A stretch of DNA of 64,000 bases from positions 3,392,866 through 3,456,865 of the forward strand of contig MU053379.1 in assembly GCA_013239625.1 (NCBI GenBank), written 5' to 3'. The notes beneath the pieces are model-generated. The model searched no databases, was not told where the DNA came from, and saw nothing but the letters and a program-made list of their open reading frames with translations. The DNA comes from Lama guanicoe. Lineage: Eukaryota. The position numbers and the translations under genes were made by a program. Below, piece after piece: positions 1 through 13,303 of the stretch. The first letter of the stretch is position 1. Each line of letters begins with the position of its first letter.

Positions 1-2273
1 CCTGTCTGCAGCAGGCTGGCTGGAGCATCTCCATGTGCTCCCGTGGCTCCCGTCTCTCCCCTCACTCCTTTCATACCTGTGGGTTGGCGGGGCTACGCCA
101 TGCGGCTTTTACCCACTTCATTCCTCACTGTCCTTCTTTCTGAAGAAGTCTGGGCCTGCCATGCCGCAGACCTCAAGGCCGGAGCCCTGCCTCAGTGCAG
201 CGGGCATCCTGGCTGAGGCTTCTGGGCTGTTCCAGGAGAATGTCTGAACTGTGTGAGCTCCCCTAGCAGAACGTGCACTCTTGCCCCCAGAGAGCCTGAA
301 GCCAGGGCCGTTTGGTGCAGGCAGCTCCGTCCTGCCCCCCCCGAGCAGCTGCTGTAACCTCCCTGGACGCTGTGGCCCGGCTCGGGCAGCTCTTCAGCTG
401 AGAAGCCTAGACTGACACTAGCCTGTACCCCGTGGCTGAAGTTTCTCTAAGTGTTCTTGTGCCACTTTCAGTGAACACATGAAAAATTGCTCACTACTGT
501 CTACTTTCAAGGCTGCAGCTATGTTCTGTTCAGCCTGTGCAACGTTTTAACTTCTAAAAGCACAAGTCCGGCAAAGCTTGGCCACTTTCCCTGCTGGCAG
601 CCGTTGGCTGAGGCCAGAGGACAGCTGTCCCCACTGGACTGGGCACGAGGTCTCCAGCAGGCTGCAGGTCAGCCCTCCCACTGCTCCCCGAGCTGGGTCA
701 CATCTGTCAAATGCATGCGGCCCCAGAGTGCCCACACTTCCAGACCTGCCCTGTCCAGCCTGTTCACAGAGCCTGTGTACCCGAGCCCTTCTTCCTTTGG
801 TTCTGCACAGGCTGCAGTCTTTAACCTCTCCTGGTTATATTTTTAACCAAACTTTAATTTTGTTTTCCCTTTTTGTTTCATCTCAGTCCTTCACGTGTTA
901 CTCTGTGCGGCTCTTCTGACCAGACGCTCTGGGCGCCGGCTGCTGGGGGTCCCTCCTGCTGCCCCGCGCGGTGTTCGCTCCTCCAGCTGAGCGCACTGAC
1001 GCTGTTCCTCTGCAACTCCACTCTGCCCTCGCACCTCACAGGACGGGAGGTGGGGCAGGCGACGGGCCTGGGTTTTGCCAGCCTTTACTACTTGGGTCAG
1101 GGCAGCCACATCCCAGACAAAGGCGCCAGGGCCCTGCTTGGAGAGGGGCCCCAGGAGGTTCAAGGACCGAGTGCCGGTGCGGAGCCGCGGTTGGGAAGGG
1201 CGTCAGAGCGGGCGGGTGGGGGGAGCTTTCTCCCTCCAAACTCCTGTACCATTGAAAGCAGACTCAGCAGCCTTGACGGGCAGCCCGTGAAAGGGTCCAC
1301 ATCCTTCAAGAAGGAACCAGCGTGGAAGGTGTGCGGGGCCTGCCTTCTGGGCACGTGGCCCCTGTGCTGGCTAGCTCCCTCCCAGTCTTCCCTCCGGGGC
1401 TCAGACCAGTAACGAGACAGTCTTATATTTGAACGGCATACGGACTCCCCCTGTCTGAAATCACCTCACAACCACTAGCTTGATATTTTTCACAAAAATC
1501 CTCTCCTGAAAATAAATAGCACGTGTTTCCCTGGTTTCTGAGAAGCTGAGGGCTGGCTCCCTGGAGTCAGAGGATTTACCTGAGGCAGTGGACAGAGGCC
1601 ACCCCAGCTCCGGCCACCAGGAGACTTGGTTTGTCAAGGAGCTGCTTTTTTTTCCCTTTCTTTCTTTTTAAAAAAGCTCTTTCTATCTTTGCTACCTTTT
1701 CCTTGACCAAACAAATTTAACTGAATGTGGAAATGGCAGAAGGTCACTAAGGCCTGGCCTTGTGTCCTGAGAGCTAAAACACTGTTTGGTTGATCTCTAG
1801 GAAATAAAAACAAAACGGCATTTTTACCTCTTGGACAGAGCTCCTTTACCTTTCTAGAATTCAGACACTCCATCTCTGATTTTATTAATACCTTCTCCGC
1901 GCTCCCAGAGTCACGTGATGAGGAGTCTGAGGTGGCGGCTGGGGAGTGGCGGGACGCCGCCCCGCTGAGACCCGCGGCCGGAGACACCGCCTGTCCTGGG
2001 CCCGCCCGGCAGGCGTGCAGAGAAGGCACTCAGGGCAGCGCTTCCCCTTCTGCACCTGCTGCCTCTGGTGTTTTCTGAACTGCATTTTCAAAATGCTAAT
2101 TCCGCGGTACACTGATTTCGCAATCCAGCAACGTTAAAAAAAGGTTGCCTTAGGGTTTAGTATAGTCAGAGGGAAAGAGTACCTGTTCTGTACATATTTT
2201 AATTACATAGCTTTTCCCACTCCAAAATGCGATGCTCACTTTAAATGCTTATTTTTGTCTTGATCTTTCTCAG

Positions 2274-2282
2274 AAGGGCAGG
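2274..2282 (+). CDS. KIZ: Candidate 9-nt alternative microexon of KIZ (AAGGGCAGG)
   Basis: Branch-like tgctcac, then polypyrimidine atttttgtcttgatctttctcAG, 9 nt, and a consensus donor GTAAGT. Frame-preserving. Confidence 0.45.
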
Positions 2283-2559
2283 GTAAGTTGTATTTTCATT
2301 CTTAAGTGTGATGGTAGTTTTACTCCAGTAATTAGGGGTTCGTGGTTAAGGTCTTAAGTTGAGCCAGCAAAAGCAGGAGGGCAGCCGACAGCCAGCGCCC
2401 CGTGCTGACCGCAGGAGCCCTTTGTCTGTGCCCACGGATGCTGCCTCGCTGGGTGCGTCTCTGCTGAAGCTCTGCCTCTCTGCCCTCCGTTCCACTAGGG
2501 CGTCCCTGGGAATCGGGCAGTGGGGACGCTTGCGCCACCCGCGGCTGTCACGGGACTTC

Positions 2560-2880
2560 TATTTCCTGCTTTTCCCAGCGGTCTTTCCTATTCTGAGAGC
2601 GGGCCGCGGGGTCTGTGGGTTGTTTCCGTTGACATGCAGAGGTTTTAGGGTGGATGTAGTCCTGCTTGTCTGTCTGGTTGACTGTGCTTTTGGGGTTGCA
2701 TCCAAGAAATCCTGCCCAGTCCAGCGTCCTGAAGCTTTTCTCCTATGTTTTTCCCTCTAGTTTTAGGTCTTACCTTTAAGTCTTGAATCCTTCCTGAGTT
2801 GATTCTTGTGGATGATGGAAGGTTGGGGTCCACCTTCCTCCTGTTGCACATCGGGCGTCCAGTTTTCTGTGCCTTTTTCT
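2560..2880 (-). mobile_element. Old L1 ORF2 fragment in a KIZ intron
   Basis: INSGRIQDLKVRPKT...NIGEKLQD is an ORF2 C-terminal remnant. Confidence 0.7.
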
Positions 2881-2889
2881 GATCTGTAG

Positions 2890-2994
2890 AAACGAAAGCC
2901 TACCAGATGTTGAAGCTGTCTACCCTTCAGGACGGCGCACGCCAAACTGAAGACAGGCTCCAGAAGGCGGAGGCCTCTGTGCCGCCACTGCCAG
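2890..2994 (+). CDS. KIZ: KIZ (kizuna centrosomal protein, PLK1S1) internal coding exon, 105 nt
   Basis: Acceptor tttttctgatctgtAG and donor GTAAGC. Translates (E)TKAYQMLKLSTLQDGARQTEDRLQKAEASVPPLP(G), matching recalled human KIZ ETEAYQLLKKATLQDNTNQTENRFQKTDASVSHLSG. Upstream exons lie outside the window. Confidence 0.92.
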
Positions 2995-5564
2995 GTAAGC
3001 AGGCGGACAGGCCAGTGTCTGGGAGGCCGGGCTGCGGCCAGGGCTGCGTTCCCGTCAGGGGAGGTGCTCCCTGCGTTGTCGGGGAGGTGCTCCCTCTGGG
3101 AAGGTTTCTGGGCTTTGCTCTGTAACAGGCTGTCGCGGGGTCGCTTTTCCAGTCCTTGACAAACAGGAGTTTGCAAGAGGCCTCCCTCCAGGGTGTGTGC
3201 TGGCGATGGCCTCACGGGCCCTTGGACTGTGCCAGCCATGTCCTGAGGGTGCCTTGACCCTGAGCGCCACAGGAGATGCCTCCATTTCCTTCTCTTCACA
3301 CATCTTCCAGTTTCTTAATCAGCAGCGGGGAGTGTCGTCTGGGCCTCCCCCGTCCCAGAATGCTGGGGGACTTGGCGTTCTTTAAATGGAAAGACTGTAA
3401 GTCCCAAGGAAAGCTCAGTTTTAAGCTTAAATGTAGTTCCTTCAATCTAGGATTTTTGTTTTTTAATTGTAATTTTCTTAGTTTTCTTGTATTTTGTGTT
3501 ACATTTTCATTATTTTTCAGAGTTTTTATTACCTTCCATTTAGTAAAAGTTACTTCAGCTCCCTTTGTAAGTGGATTAATACAGAAGGAAGTACACTTTA
3601 ACGACTTTCCTATTTTCATATAAACCACCGTGCTGGAATTTCACCCATCACAATGAACAGTGAATTCTTAATGTCACATAATTCCCAGTCCATATTCAGA
3701 CTTCCCAGTTGCCTCCAAGATGTCTTCATCAGAGATTGTTTTTTGAAAGGGCATACTTGGGTACAGCAGACTTCGCTGCCTGTCCTTGGCGAGCTGTTTC
3801 CTGGGCAGCACCAGTGCTAGAATTAGTTGCTGCAAAATTCAGTTACTTTGGTGGCTTTGAGGGTTCAGGGAGCCTCTGCACATTCAAGAGAAGCCCCCGG
3901 GAGGGCTGGCCACGGCGGTGGTGGTTATTTCAACTCCTCAAGCAGGAGACCTGGTAGTTTGTTAAGGTACAAATGGGCTCTGCCCAATGGAGGTCTGCAT
4001 CGCGCTGGGAAGACGCAGCCCTTGTGAGCCCTTCCCTGTTTGCTCTCATCACCTTCTTCACATTTGAGTCACAGAATCAGTCCAGAGGGGTGTCAGAGTG
4101 TTTATCCAACCCCCTAATTTACCAGTTGGCCTCGCTCAGAGCATTACAGCCCGCTAGCAGGCACATGCGGTTTGGAAGGTGGCGCTGCAAACCCACTTGG
4201 TGAGACCGGCTCAGAGGGTGGTGTAGTCCCTCGGCCGCGCATCAGAAACTGCAACACTGATAACATGCTGACAGTCCACCTGCTTGTCTGCTAACTTACC
4301 CGTGTGAAGTGATGCACACAGTGCGGGTTCTGCAGCCAGGCGCCCCGAGGTTCCGGCCCCTTAGTCCTCACTCAGAATTACACCATGTGCTTCGCAAGGT
4401 TCCAGACTCCCCAGCGCTGGGCTTAGATGTGCTTCTGATCGTGTTGGCTGTCGTTGAAGTTCGATGCTGCCCTGGAGTTTATCTGGCATTTGGTCACGCG
4501 TCCCTTTTTCATTCTCGCCCACACCCTGATCCTCAGGACTTCGCTGAGCCCCACAGAGAAGCAGGAAGTGGGCTGGGAGGGCCGCAGCAGGGCTGAACTT
4601 CTCCCAGAGTCACAGGCAGGGCTGGGTGTGCACTCTGAACCCGGAGCCCCCAGTCTAGCCGCCATCAGGGAAGTACACGTTCCAGCTCCTGTCTGTGCCA
4701 GACGCTGGGTCTCTGGCTCTGCACCTGTCCCTGCGGAGAGCCACTTTGTCCTCGTGTCTGAAAAGACCTGGTCTTGTTAAGGGGGTGCAGACCTTCCTGG
4801 GGCCGAACATGGACACGTTGTTAAGAGAACGGCTTTGCTGCAGAGGTTGCATGCAGGCCGGCGGGGCACGGGTTAGGAGCCCAGCAGCTGCGTTTTGCCA
4901 AGATGCTCATGCGTCTCTATCTGAGATCCTGGCTGCCCACCCGTTAAGAATCAGCCTTGTGGCAGAAACATCCAAGGCTGAGGGCACCCAGGACACAGAG
5001 GTCAGGTGTTGCCTGCTCGCTGGGAGCACCATGGGGACAGCCTGGGTCCCCGGCTCCAGGGAAAGGGGTGGACAGTACATCTTCCCCGCCATCCTGTCCA
5101 GGCTGGTCAGAGGTGGCCTTGGTGGTTTTCAGTGGAGACTTGTTCTCTGCAAGAGAGGAAAACAAGAGGCTTGGGCAGAGGGGCTTCAGGGTGGGTGGGC
5201 TGTAACCGTCATCTGGAGGGGTCGGTTATCTCCGAGACCCGGTCCCCAGCTCCCGGTGTCTGGGCAGCGTCGGGCAGCCAGAGCCTGGTGCCGCAGGACA
5301 GCCACGTGCCCACACGGGTCTTGGCCATTTGAGGCAGTGCCCTTTGAATGGGTTGATTTCCTACTTTTTGTGGCTTCTGTGTAGGCCTCACAGGAAAGCC
5401 CCCTTCCTTCCCATCTCCGCCAGCGTGGCCTTCCTCAGCCTTGGAGGCGCCTGGCTTTCGGTGAACAGCTCGTCCCCTGTTGACGTTTGTTTCACAAGTT
5501 CCCGGGAGGCCGCGGCGGGGGGAGCCACGGCCCCGCTCACTCTCCACGTTTGTGCTCATCACAG

Positions 5565-5661
5565 GTTTGAACGCTGGCAGCAGGACGTTCCGGACAAAGA
5601 CAGCTCGCAAAACCGCCTCGGAAGCTAGCTTTTCATCTAGCGAAGGGAGCCCTTTGTCAAG
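5565..5661 (+). CDS. KIZ: KIZ coding exon, 97 nt
   Basis: Acceptor catcacAG and donor GTAAAG. Translates (G)LNAGSRTFRTKTARKTASEASFSSSEGSPLS(R); ASEASFSSSEGSPLSR is identical to recalled human KIZ. Phase is compatible with both neighbours. Confidence 0.94.
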
Positions 5662-7419
5662 GTAAAGTCGTGCGGGCCTTTCTGAACAGCGGCCCCAAGA
5701 TGAGAAATGTCACTTCTCCGTGAACTACACTCTGGCTGGTGTTATGTTGTTGTATGACTCGATGGAAGGTTACCGTTTGGGTTTTTGTTTCTCTGAAATG
5801 ACAGTTGAAACTTCAGTCTACCTTTGAAAATATTTGCACCAGGGCCAAGTATTGTCTTGCAGCTGCTGTTTCCTTGGTTTAAGACTCAGTTGACACCTCA
5901 GTGAACCACAAATTAGCGTCTACAGCTGCTCCCAGTAGGGCCTCTTAGAAAGCACACAATGGAGGGTGTCAGGCAGGGCAGGGAGACGTGGCTCCAGAGA
6001 AAGGAAGTGGCCTGTTCTTTGGGAGACGCGGATATGTGCACAAGCCGTTGCTGGGCACTTGCTTTGTGCTCCGCGCTTTTACCAAGCATTTGGGCTGGGT
6101 GGTTCTTTCCCTTTGTGATACTTTCTTGCTTATTGTCCATAAGCAGCAAAATTTCTCTTTTTGCATTTGTTGAACTGTAGCAGATCTTGTAAGTTTTCGA
6201 GCCCTAACAAGGGAGTCGAGGGCTAGATTTGTCATTGGGGTGAAATGCCACGCCACGGCGTTGAGTCACGTGGGGAGAATTTATGGCTGTGGAAAGCGGC
6301 AGTCGTTGGTGAAACAGCTACCTTTCTGCGTTGGGCTAAGTGTCATTTAAGATAGCACAGGTCTGCATTTGTAGTAAGATTTCTCCTCAAAAGATGTCTT
6401 TAGGTGATTGTGTTACATTTGAATTAACTGCTCACCCCGATGAAATTTTAAAACAGGAACTTTACATTTCTGATGTCCAGTAAGGTAAAATTATTTGTTC
6501 AGAAATGTGTTTTTACAATGGAAAAAATTTTCAGTTTCATTTATGTTTTGAAAAACATTACAGTATTTTCAGGACCTGGAATACATTTAAATGAGATCAA
6601 TTCTTTGAAATTAAGTTCTTGCTTTCAGAAACCTGATAAGTTTGATTTTAGGGAACTACTTAATTTTGGAAATTATTTTTAAGATCTGGGTTGTCATCTC
6701 TGTTTCTGAAGGAAGTGAGGGTGCGTTCGGGGCAGGAGGCGCTAAAGCGAGGCGCTAAAGCGCAGCATTGCTCATGGCTGTGCCAGATGCAGGGTCGAGG
6801 GCTGCTGCAGGGACCTGCAGGAAACAAACTCCACAGGAAGTTTCAGGGTTTGATGTCGCCGTTTGGTTTAGTAACACATCCCTTTTGTTTTTAAAGATTG
6901 TTAGAAGTGTTTGTTTCCTTTATATTTTTGAAGCACTAAAAAAACCCAGTTCTTCTTAAACCTTTTAAATATATATTCTTTGGGCAAGCTTCAGTACACT
7001 CAGCAAGCAGTCGGATTCTGTAGAACGTGTTCTCAGTCTGATCATTTCGCGTCTTGCATTTATATTCTATTATGAAATCAAACTTTTTTCCCCTTCAGTT
7101 TGAGGCGGGGGCCTTTTGTTAGTCCTGTTGTTTCTGCATGAAATTAATTTCCTGAATCACAGGTAATAACATCATCCCTTTTAAGGGAAAAAAAAGCCTT
7201 TAAGCAACCCGTGGTTCTGGGTGCGCCGCAGAGCCCCGGGCGTGGGGTGCGTGGGTTCGGTGCTCTGCGTGTCGCCTCCTGGGCCTCGTGCCGGGCTCCG
7301 TGGTGGTCGCCACCCTGGGCTGTGGAGAGCCGGGCTCTGCCGCCTGTGCCTAAATTCACTGCAATTTCGTAGCGGCTTACGTGCAAGGCTCCCACGTCCC
7401 GCAGTCACTCCTCGTGCTT

Positions 7420-8230
7420 TATTGCTTTTACAAGTGGTCTCGAAACCCAGTACTTGAGAATAAACATGGCAGTGCGGTGCTGCCGCAGCACTTCTACGAA
7501 TTCTTCTTTGCTCTGTTTTGTCAGTGAGCTGATGAGCAACCTCAAAAAAAAAGACCCTGCTGGACCTTAAAAAAAAAATGGCTTCCTCTGATGTCCTGGA
7601 GACCATAATTATGATGTGCTAGTTAAGCCCAAACTACAGCTGAGGGATTTTACTTTAAAGCAGCGGCTTGGGCGCAAAAATGCATTTATAGCTCTTTGTC
7701 TGTACCTCATTATGTGTGGGCCTGATTCATTAAGTAATTGGTTTGCAGTTGTTTACATGAGTATTAAGGCCTTCCTTTCAGCCGCCTTTGAGAGATACAT
7801 TGTGCAAATGTTGCCTGCGATGAATGCAGAATGAGGGCCCGAGGGTCCGTCCTATTGGCTAAACAGTGCGCTCTGTTGAAAAGCCAGAGAAAGGGATTGG
7901 TGCTGCTTTGCATAGCAATGACTTTCTTAATAAGCGTTACAGATTAATACACACCAGCTATAAAAGATGCAAAGAGATACTCTTAGCACATTTATCCCTG
8001 CTCATTTCATTGTGATGGTGGTGGGGTCCCGGTGCTTTCATATTCCCTCTGCCGGAGCCGCGGCCTCCATGCATGAGCCGGAACAGAATCCGGCGTTTAT
8101 TGTATTATAAATCATGGGCAAGTAGGCAGATCGGCAACAGTTTATTATTAAAGATTCTTTCAGTGTAAATCTTTTTCCACCATTGTCTTTGCTTCAGCAA
8201 AATCATTTTGTGGTTGAGTGGGGATGAAAG
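7420..8230. promoter_or_regulatory. Probable conserved non-coding element / developmental enhancer in a KIZ intron
   Basis: Repeat-free and AT-richer than its flanks. Clustered NKX (CAAGTG 7431), FOX (AATAAACA 7459, TGTTTAC 7750), homeobox (TAATTG 7735) and SOX (CATTGT 7798, 8181) motifs. In mammals this locus neighbours NKX2-4/NKX2-2. Confidence 0.5.
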
Positions 8231-11200
8231 GATGTAGGAAGGAGTGAGTCCTAATAGGACGCGGCTCTCAGAGTAAAGCCCACTTGTCCCCTTTTGTTCA
8301 GGGTGCATGCCAGAGCTTCCTCCCCTGCAGACACTGCCTCCCGCACCTTCCTGGGAAGCCGCCTCACCCTCCCCATCCATTTGTTCAGCGGACAGTGTAT
8401 TTTAGCCGCCAGTTTTCTGGCTTGGATCAAATGATGTTTCACCAAAAGGAAAGGATGTGCTTGCAGCCTGACTGGGGAAGAGGTAGCAGAGGCACCCTGC
8501 CCCCTACTCCCTGGGGGCCGCCGTGGGTGGCCTTCGGGGCAGCCCCGCAGCCACGGGAGCGGCCAGCGGAGGGCGCCAGGCTGCAGCCAGTGCTCGCCGT
8601 CTCTCCTCCCCCAGCCCGTGTGCCATTTCCCCGGGGAAATGTGAAGATCACTAGGAACCAGCAGTCCCAAGAAATAAAAATGAGGTCTTCCTGCAAGTCC
8701 TCTGGGTTCTAATATAAAAGCCCCATCTCTGTCTCTGGCTTAGCAAATCTACATTCTCCATAAATTCTCCCAATTTAGCAGCTTCTTAAGTATTCCACAC
8801 GTTTCTTGCCATAAGCCCGCCTACTTTATTTTTTCTACTCCAAGCTCAAAAGAACAGTCTCTGGTTTGATAGCTGAAGGGGAGGAGTAAAGTTCCCTGAA
8901 AATGGCACCTGCAGGACCCCCGGCCAGCCACCAGGGGGCACTCAGACTGTGTCAAACTGTCCTCGACCTGGCCGGCCTCTGACACTTCAAAGGGAGGGTT
9001 CAGAGGTCTGTTGGCGCACTTGTTGGGATTTTTTTTTGAATTTTTAAATTTTTTTTGCCTTGTATTTTTCAGACACACGTCTGTTTAGAAGAAAATTCTA
9101 GCAGAAGATGCTATGAGACATTTTAATTCTGATTGTACTTAGCAGTCAAAATCATTAAAAGTTACAGAATTCAGTGTAGAGCCCACATCTGGAAGGTTAG
9201 TTATTATTTTCAGGCCTCTAACAAGAGCCTCGAACCCACTGTCCCCAGCACCACATACCGAGTTCCCCGCAGGGCTCTCGGCGTCTCGACGGACGTGGCC
9301 TCAAAGCCACGGCAGCTTGGCATGCGTGTGGGTGGCCTGTAGCTACTGCCTTCCTTCAGAAATGCAGGGGAAGGGCGCAGCTCAAGTGCTAGGGCGCACG
9401 CTCAGCACCCAAGAGGTCCCAGGTCCAGTGCCCTGTACCTCCTCCAAGCAGAAATCAATGAAGAAACCTGACTGCTTCCCCCTCCCCAGCTCGGAGGCAG
9501 CCCATGCGCTGCAGCCCCAGGACCCTCCGCTCGCCTGGCCGCCCGGCTGCCCAGCCTCGGCCTCAGCCTCGCACTCGCGCAGCCTGCTGCTCGGGGGCTT
9601 TTCTCTGTCAGTGGTGCTCGGTCACCGCTGCACTTTGAGTGTGTGATCATCAGTGTCTGGTCCTGCTGTCCACACAAGCGTTCTTCTTTATAAAAGCCAG
9701 GTGCACGAGAGCCTTCGCCTCTGCAGAGTCAGGTACCCCGGCGGAAGACCCGTATCCCATCGCGCTACCCACATGAGTTGCAGGGGCCGGGGCACGTGCA
9801 CACAGACATCAGCTTTGGTTCCATCCTGTCCGCGCGTGTTCTGCACCTCTGTTTTTTGGGAGCAGGACCTGGATGAGCACCCACCAGAGTGTCTTCGGGG
9901 TGCTGGCCTGCCCTCCGTCCAGTCTGCCAGTGAAGGGATGTTTGTCTGCCTCCTGGCCCTGAGCTGGATGAGGGTGGGGGTGCCCCAGCACGTGTGGGGC
10001 CGGAATGTTACCCCCAGTTCTGCCACCATCAGTCCTCAGCCCTCCCCGCAGCCCCCTCTGCAGTGGCAGGTATGGTTTTGGTGTCTGTCCCCAACCCAAG
10101 CATGAGAGCCCTGAGGGCCGAGGTCAAGCACGTCCTGTTTGTTGCTGCCACAGAGCACAGAGCCCGAGGCGTTGTCACCTTGTCACCTGTGTGGTATCTG
10201 AGGAGAGAAGGAGGGAGTGAACATGGAACCGCTGCCCCCTGAGGCCTTGCCCTGCTGGTGGGAGGCCTGGAGGGGGAGTTTCCCGCCCGCCCGAGTGCTT
10301 CTGTCCACCAGCTCCTGGAGGAGGAGGCTTCATGCAGCCCCAGCCTCACCTGTCCCTGGTCCCCTGCAACTGAGCCCCACCTTCTCCCAACCAGGCTCGT
10401 ACAGCCAGGCTGCTTCCCTGGCCCCCACTCCCCGCAGGGCCATGTCTGAGCCCTTTGGATGCTCCAAGGGGGCCTTCCTGCTGATTCACAGACCAACCTG
10501 CTCAGGAGGGGAACTTGCAGGGCCGAGGGAGTGGCCTTGGGCATGACAGCTCCCAGAAGCATCCACCCCCTGCCTCCTGCTTTACCGCTTCTCTGGGGGG
10601 GGCGGAGACCATGGTTTGAACATGTGTTTTGTAAGCTTGCGTGAGCTGGGAAGAGCATCCCGTTCCACTCCCGCCCCACCCCGCCTAGCTCTGTGTGCTG
10701 AGACACATCCCTCAACCTCTCTGGACCCCACCACCCCCACCGTGAAGGCCCTGGCTCGATCCTCCAGACGCTCTCAGGTCTCTTCCTGGCTGCTTCTGTC
10801 TCACTTTCGTCTCTACGTGCTGCCCGCAGGCAGAACTGAATGCTAGCAGACGTCCTTGCCACCTTGCTTTGTACTCGTGTGGACCATTTCTATCGGTGGT
10901 GTTGGCCTTCTGTGCATAGAAAATGAACAGGTGACTGACGCTTACAACTTTGACTATTTTCTTTAGTGCCCAGGTCACTGGATCACGGCCGGTGCCGTTC
11001 ACCCCGGGCTGGGGGCCAGGCTTACCGTGAGACCTGCAGTGAGACCCTGGCCGCCCGCCTCCATGCGGGCAGCACAGACGAGGACAGAAGCGCTTGGCTG
11101 CGCGTCGCCCTAGCTCCTTATCAACAGCGAGGGAATTTACCAGCAGTTACCGAAATGCGTCACAAACTGAGACGGCTTGATGGACGGGCAGAGGGAAGAC

Positions 11201-12130
11201 GTGACTGGGCCGGCGTGGCCCGCACTAACTGGAGCCTCTGACTGGCGGGCACGTGGGGCTCACTGGGCGGTGGAGGGGACACCACAGAGACCGCTGTCCT
11301 GCTGTGACGAGGCCAGGGATGCGCTAACACTGACTCAATCTGATCAGTTCTCTGTGCTCGTAGTGCAATAAGGCATCCAGGCTAATTACGTAAGCGTGTG
11401 GGGGAAATGCCCGCGTCTGCTCCCCTGGAGTCCAGCTGTCACCGCGACCGGCCAGTGCGGTGGGCTCCTCGGTCGATGCTCGGGCAGCACCCCGCGGCCG
11501 CGCTTCACGACGGCCCCGCAGTCCTGGGCCTGGGCCCTGTCTGGTCCCGTGCAGCCGCTGAGGCTGTGCTCACTTTCTGTGGTTGGGGAAAGGCCAAGAA
11601 CAGCGCCGCGCGACCCCTGAAGGTTATGTGAGAGTCAGATTTCAGTGTCGCCTGGACTAGGGTGGTGGTAACACAGCCCCACCTGCCCCTTCCCAGCTCG
11701 TCCAGGGCTGGAGGTGTGACAGGGACCGCTTGCCGTCCAGCTCTTCACAGATGCGTCCCCGAGCTCGGGCAGGGGAGGTGCTCGGACCCCAGGCCCCGCT
11801 GACGGCTCTGTCCGCTCCACGGGAAGCTCTCATGCCGCCCTTTGGGCCCCGCCTTGGCCTTCCACGTTCCGTGTGACGCAGAGGAAGAGGCGTTGACCTG
11901 GGAGTTGTGTGTGGTAAAGACCAGCCTTGAACTGCAGTGTCAGGTCGACTCCCAGAGACGCAGAGACGGTCTCCCGAAGGGAAAAGAAGCCGCCCCGCAG
12001 GGGAGAGGGCGGCACAGGGAGCGCGCGGCAGCACCTTCCACCCTCCGCGCGGCGATCCCGTGTCTGCTTGTGGGAAGAAGCGTGAACAGCCTGACTGAGC
12101 TCATGTGGGAGCCGGGTTTCATCTGACCGA

Positions 12131-12250
12131 GGGGGCAGGTGCAGCTCAGGGGTGGAGCACGTGCCCAGCGGGCACGAGGTCCTGGGTTCTGTCCCCAGTG
12201 CCTTTATTTAAAAAATAAACCTAGTTACTCCCCCCAAAAAAAAGAAAAAG
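12131..12250 (+). mobile_element. Camelid tRNA-derived SINE (diverged)
   Basis: A/B-box-like head (gcagctcaggggtggagcacgtgcccagc...gaggtcctgggttctgtccccag), then aataaacctagttactcccccc and an A-tail. Confidence 0.8.
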
Positions 12251-13303
12251 GGAAAACAAGCTAGTTTTTTTTTTAATTGACCAAATGCCTTCAGGCAAGG
12301 CCCGTGCACGGTGAGGGCCATCTGTCCACTCCGCACACTCTGAGCACCCACTGCGTGCAAGCTCGGGCGCCGGGGGAGCTGCGATGCTGCGGTGCTGCTC
12401 CTGTGGGACAGATAGCCCGGGGAGGGTCACATGTCAGTGACACAAATGGCTGTGAAACAGCAACTTCGATGAGGACTCGGGAGTGAGGCCACACAGGAGG
12501 GTCCGACGAGGTCTGGGCATCAGCCTTGGACCCTGTCCAGGATTTAGTTCTTCTGCCAGAAGCGCAGGGGAGGCACTGAAGTGTTGTAAGCGAGGAGGCA
12601 GAGTGATGAGATTTGTGTTCCACAAGCCCGCTCTTGCTGCCGAGGGAAAGTGGGTCGCGGGGACCAGGGGGACGTGGTGTCACCCGTCAGGGACTGTCAG
12701 AACTGTCTGGCGAGAGATGCTGGCTTTGCGAGCGGGTGGGGTGGTGCACAGGGAAGAGGGAGGACCCTGGGAGGTGCTGGGGGTGGGCAGGGCCTCGGGT
12801 GGGGCAGAGGAGTGGCCCGGGGCTTGGGAGGGACTGGAGGGCGGGGGTCTGTCGGCTGAGACAGGAGAAGGGCCATGGGTTGGGTGGTGGATGGGCGAGT
12901 CAGCCGGGAGGTGCCCTGGTGGCCGAGCAGAGTGAGCAGTGAGCTCTGGGCATGCTGTGCGCTCAGAGCCAGGGCTAGGGGCCCGGCGTGTGCTCGCCTG
13001 CCTCTGTCCCTCCGGGACATCCTCGCCCGCTGTCACAGCAGAGTCTGGGGTGCCTTGCTTTCTCCGGGACCCCGAGGCCGCCCCATCCCCACAGAGGTGC
13101 ACTGCGGGCCCTCCTGGCCGGGCATCTGCAGGAGCCTCCGGCCTCGGGGGTCCTGATGCCCGCGTGTTGCTTTTAACACCCAGGGGGGAAATGTAGAGTT
13201 CCTGGCCAGGTGGTGAGGCGCGTGTGCTGCTCCCCTGCCGCGCTCACTGTGAAGTTGCTAGCCTGTCTTTTTTCAGGACTCAGGTTGTGTCTTTATTTTA
13301 CAG

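Noticed and set aside
1909..2078. Possible additional KIZ exon after the acceptor-like ctcccAG
   Set aside because: The translation does not resemble recalled KIZ sequence and there is no convincing donor.
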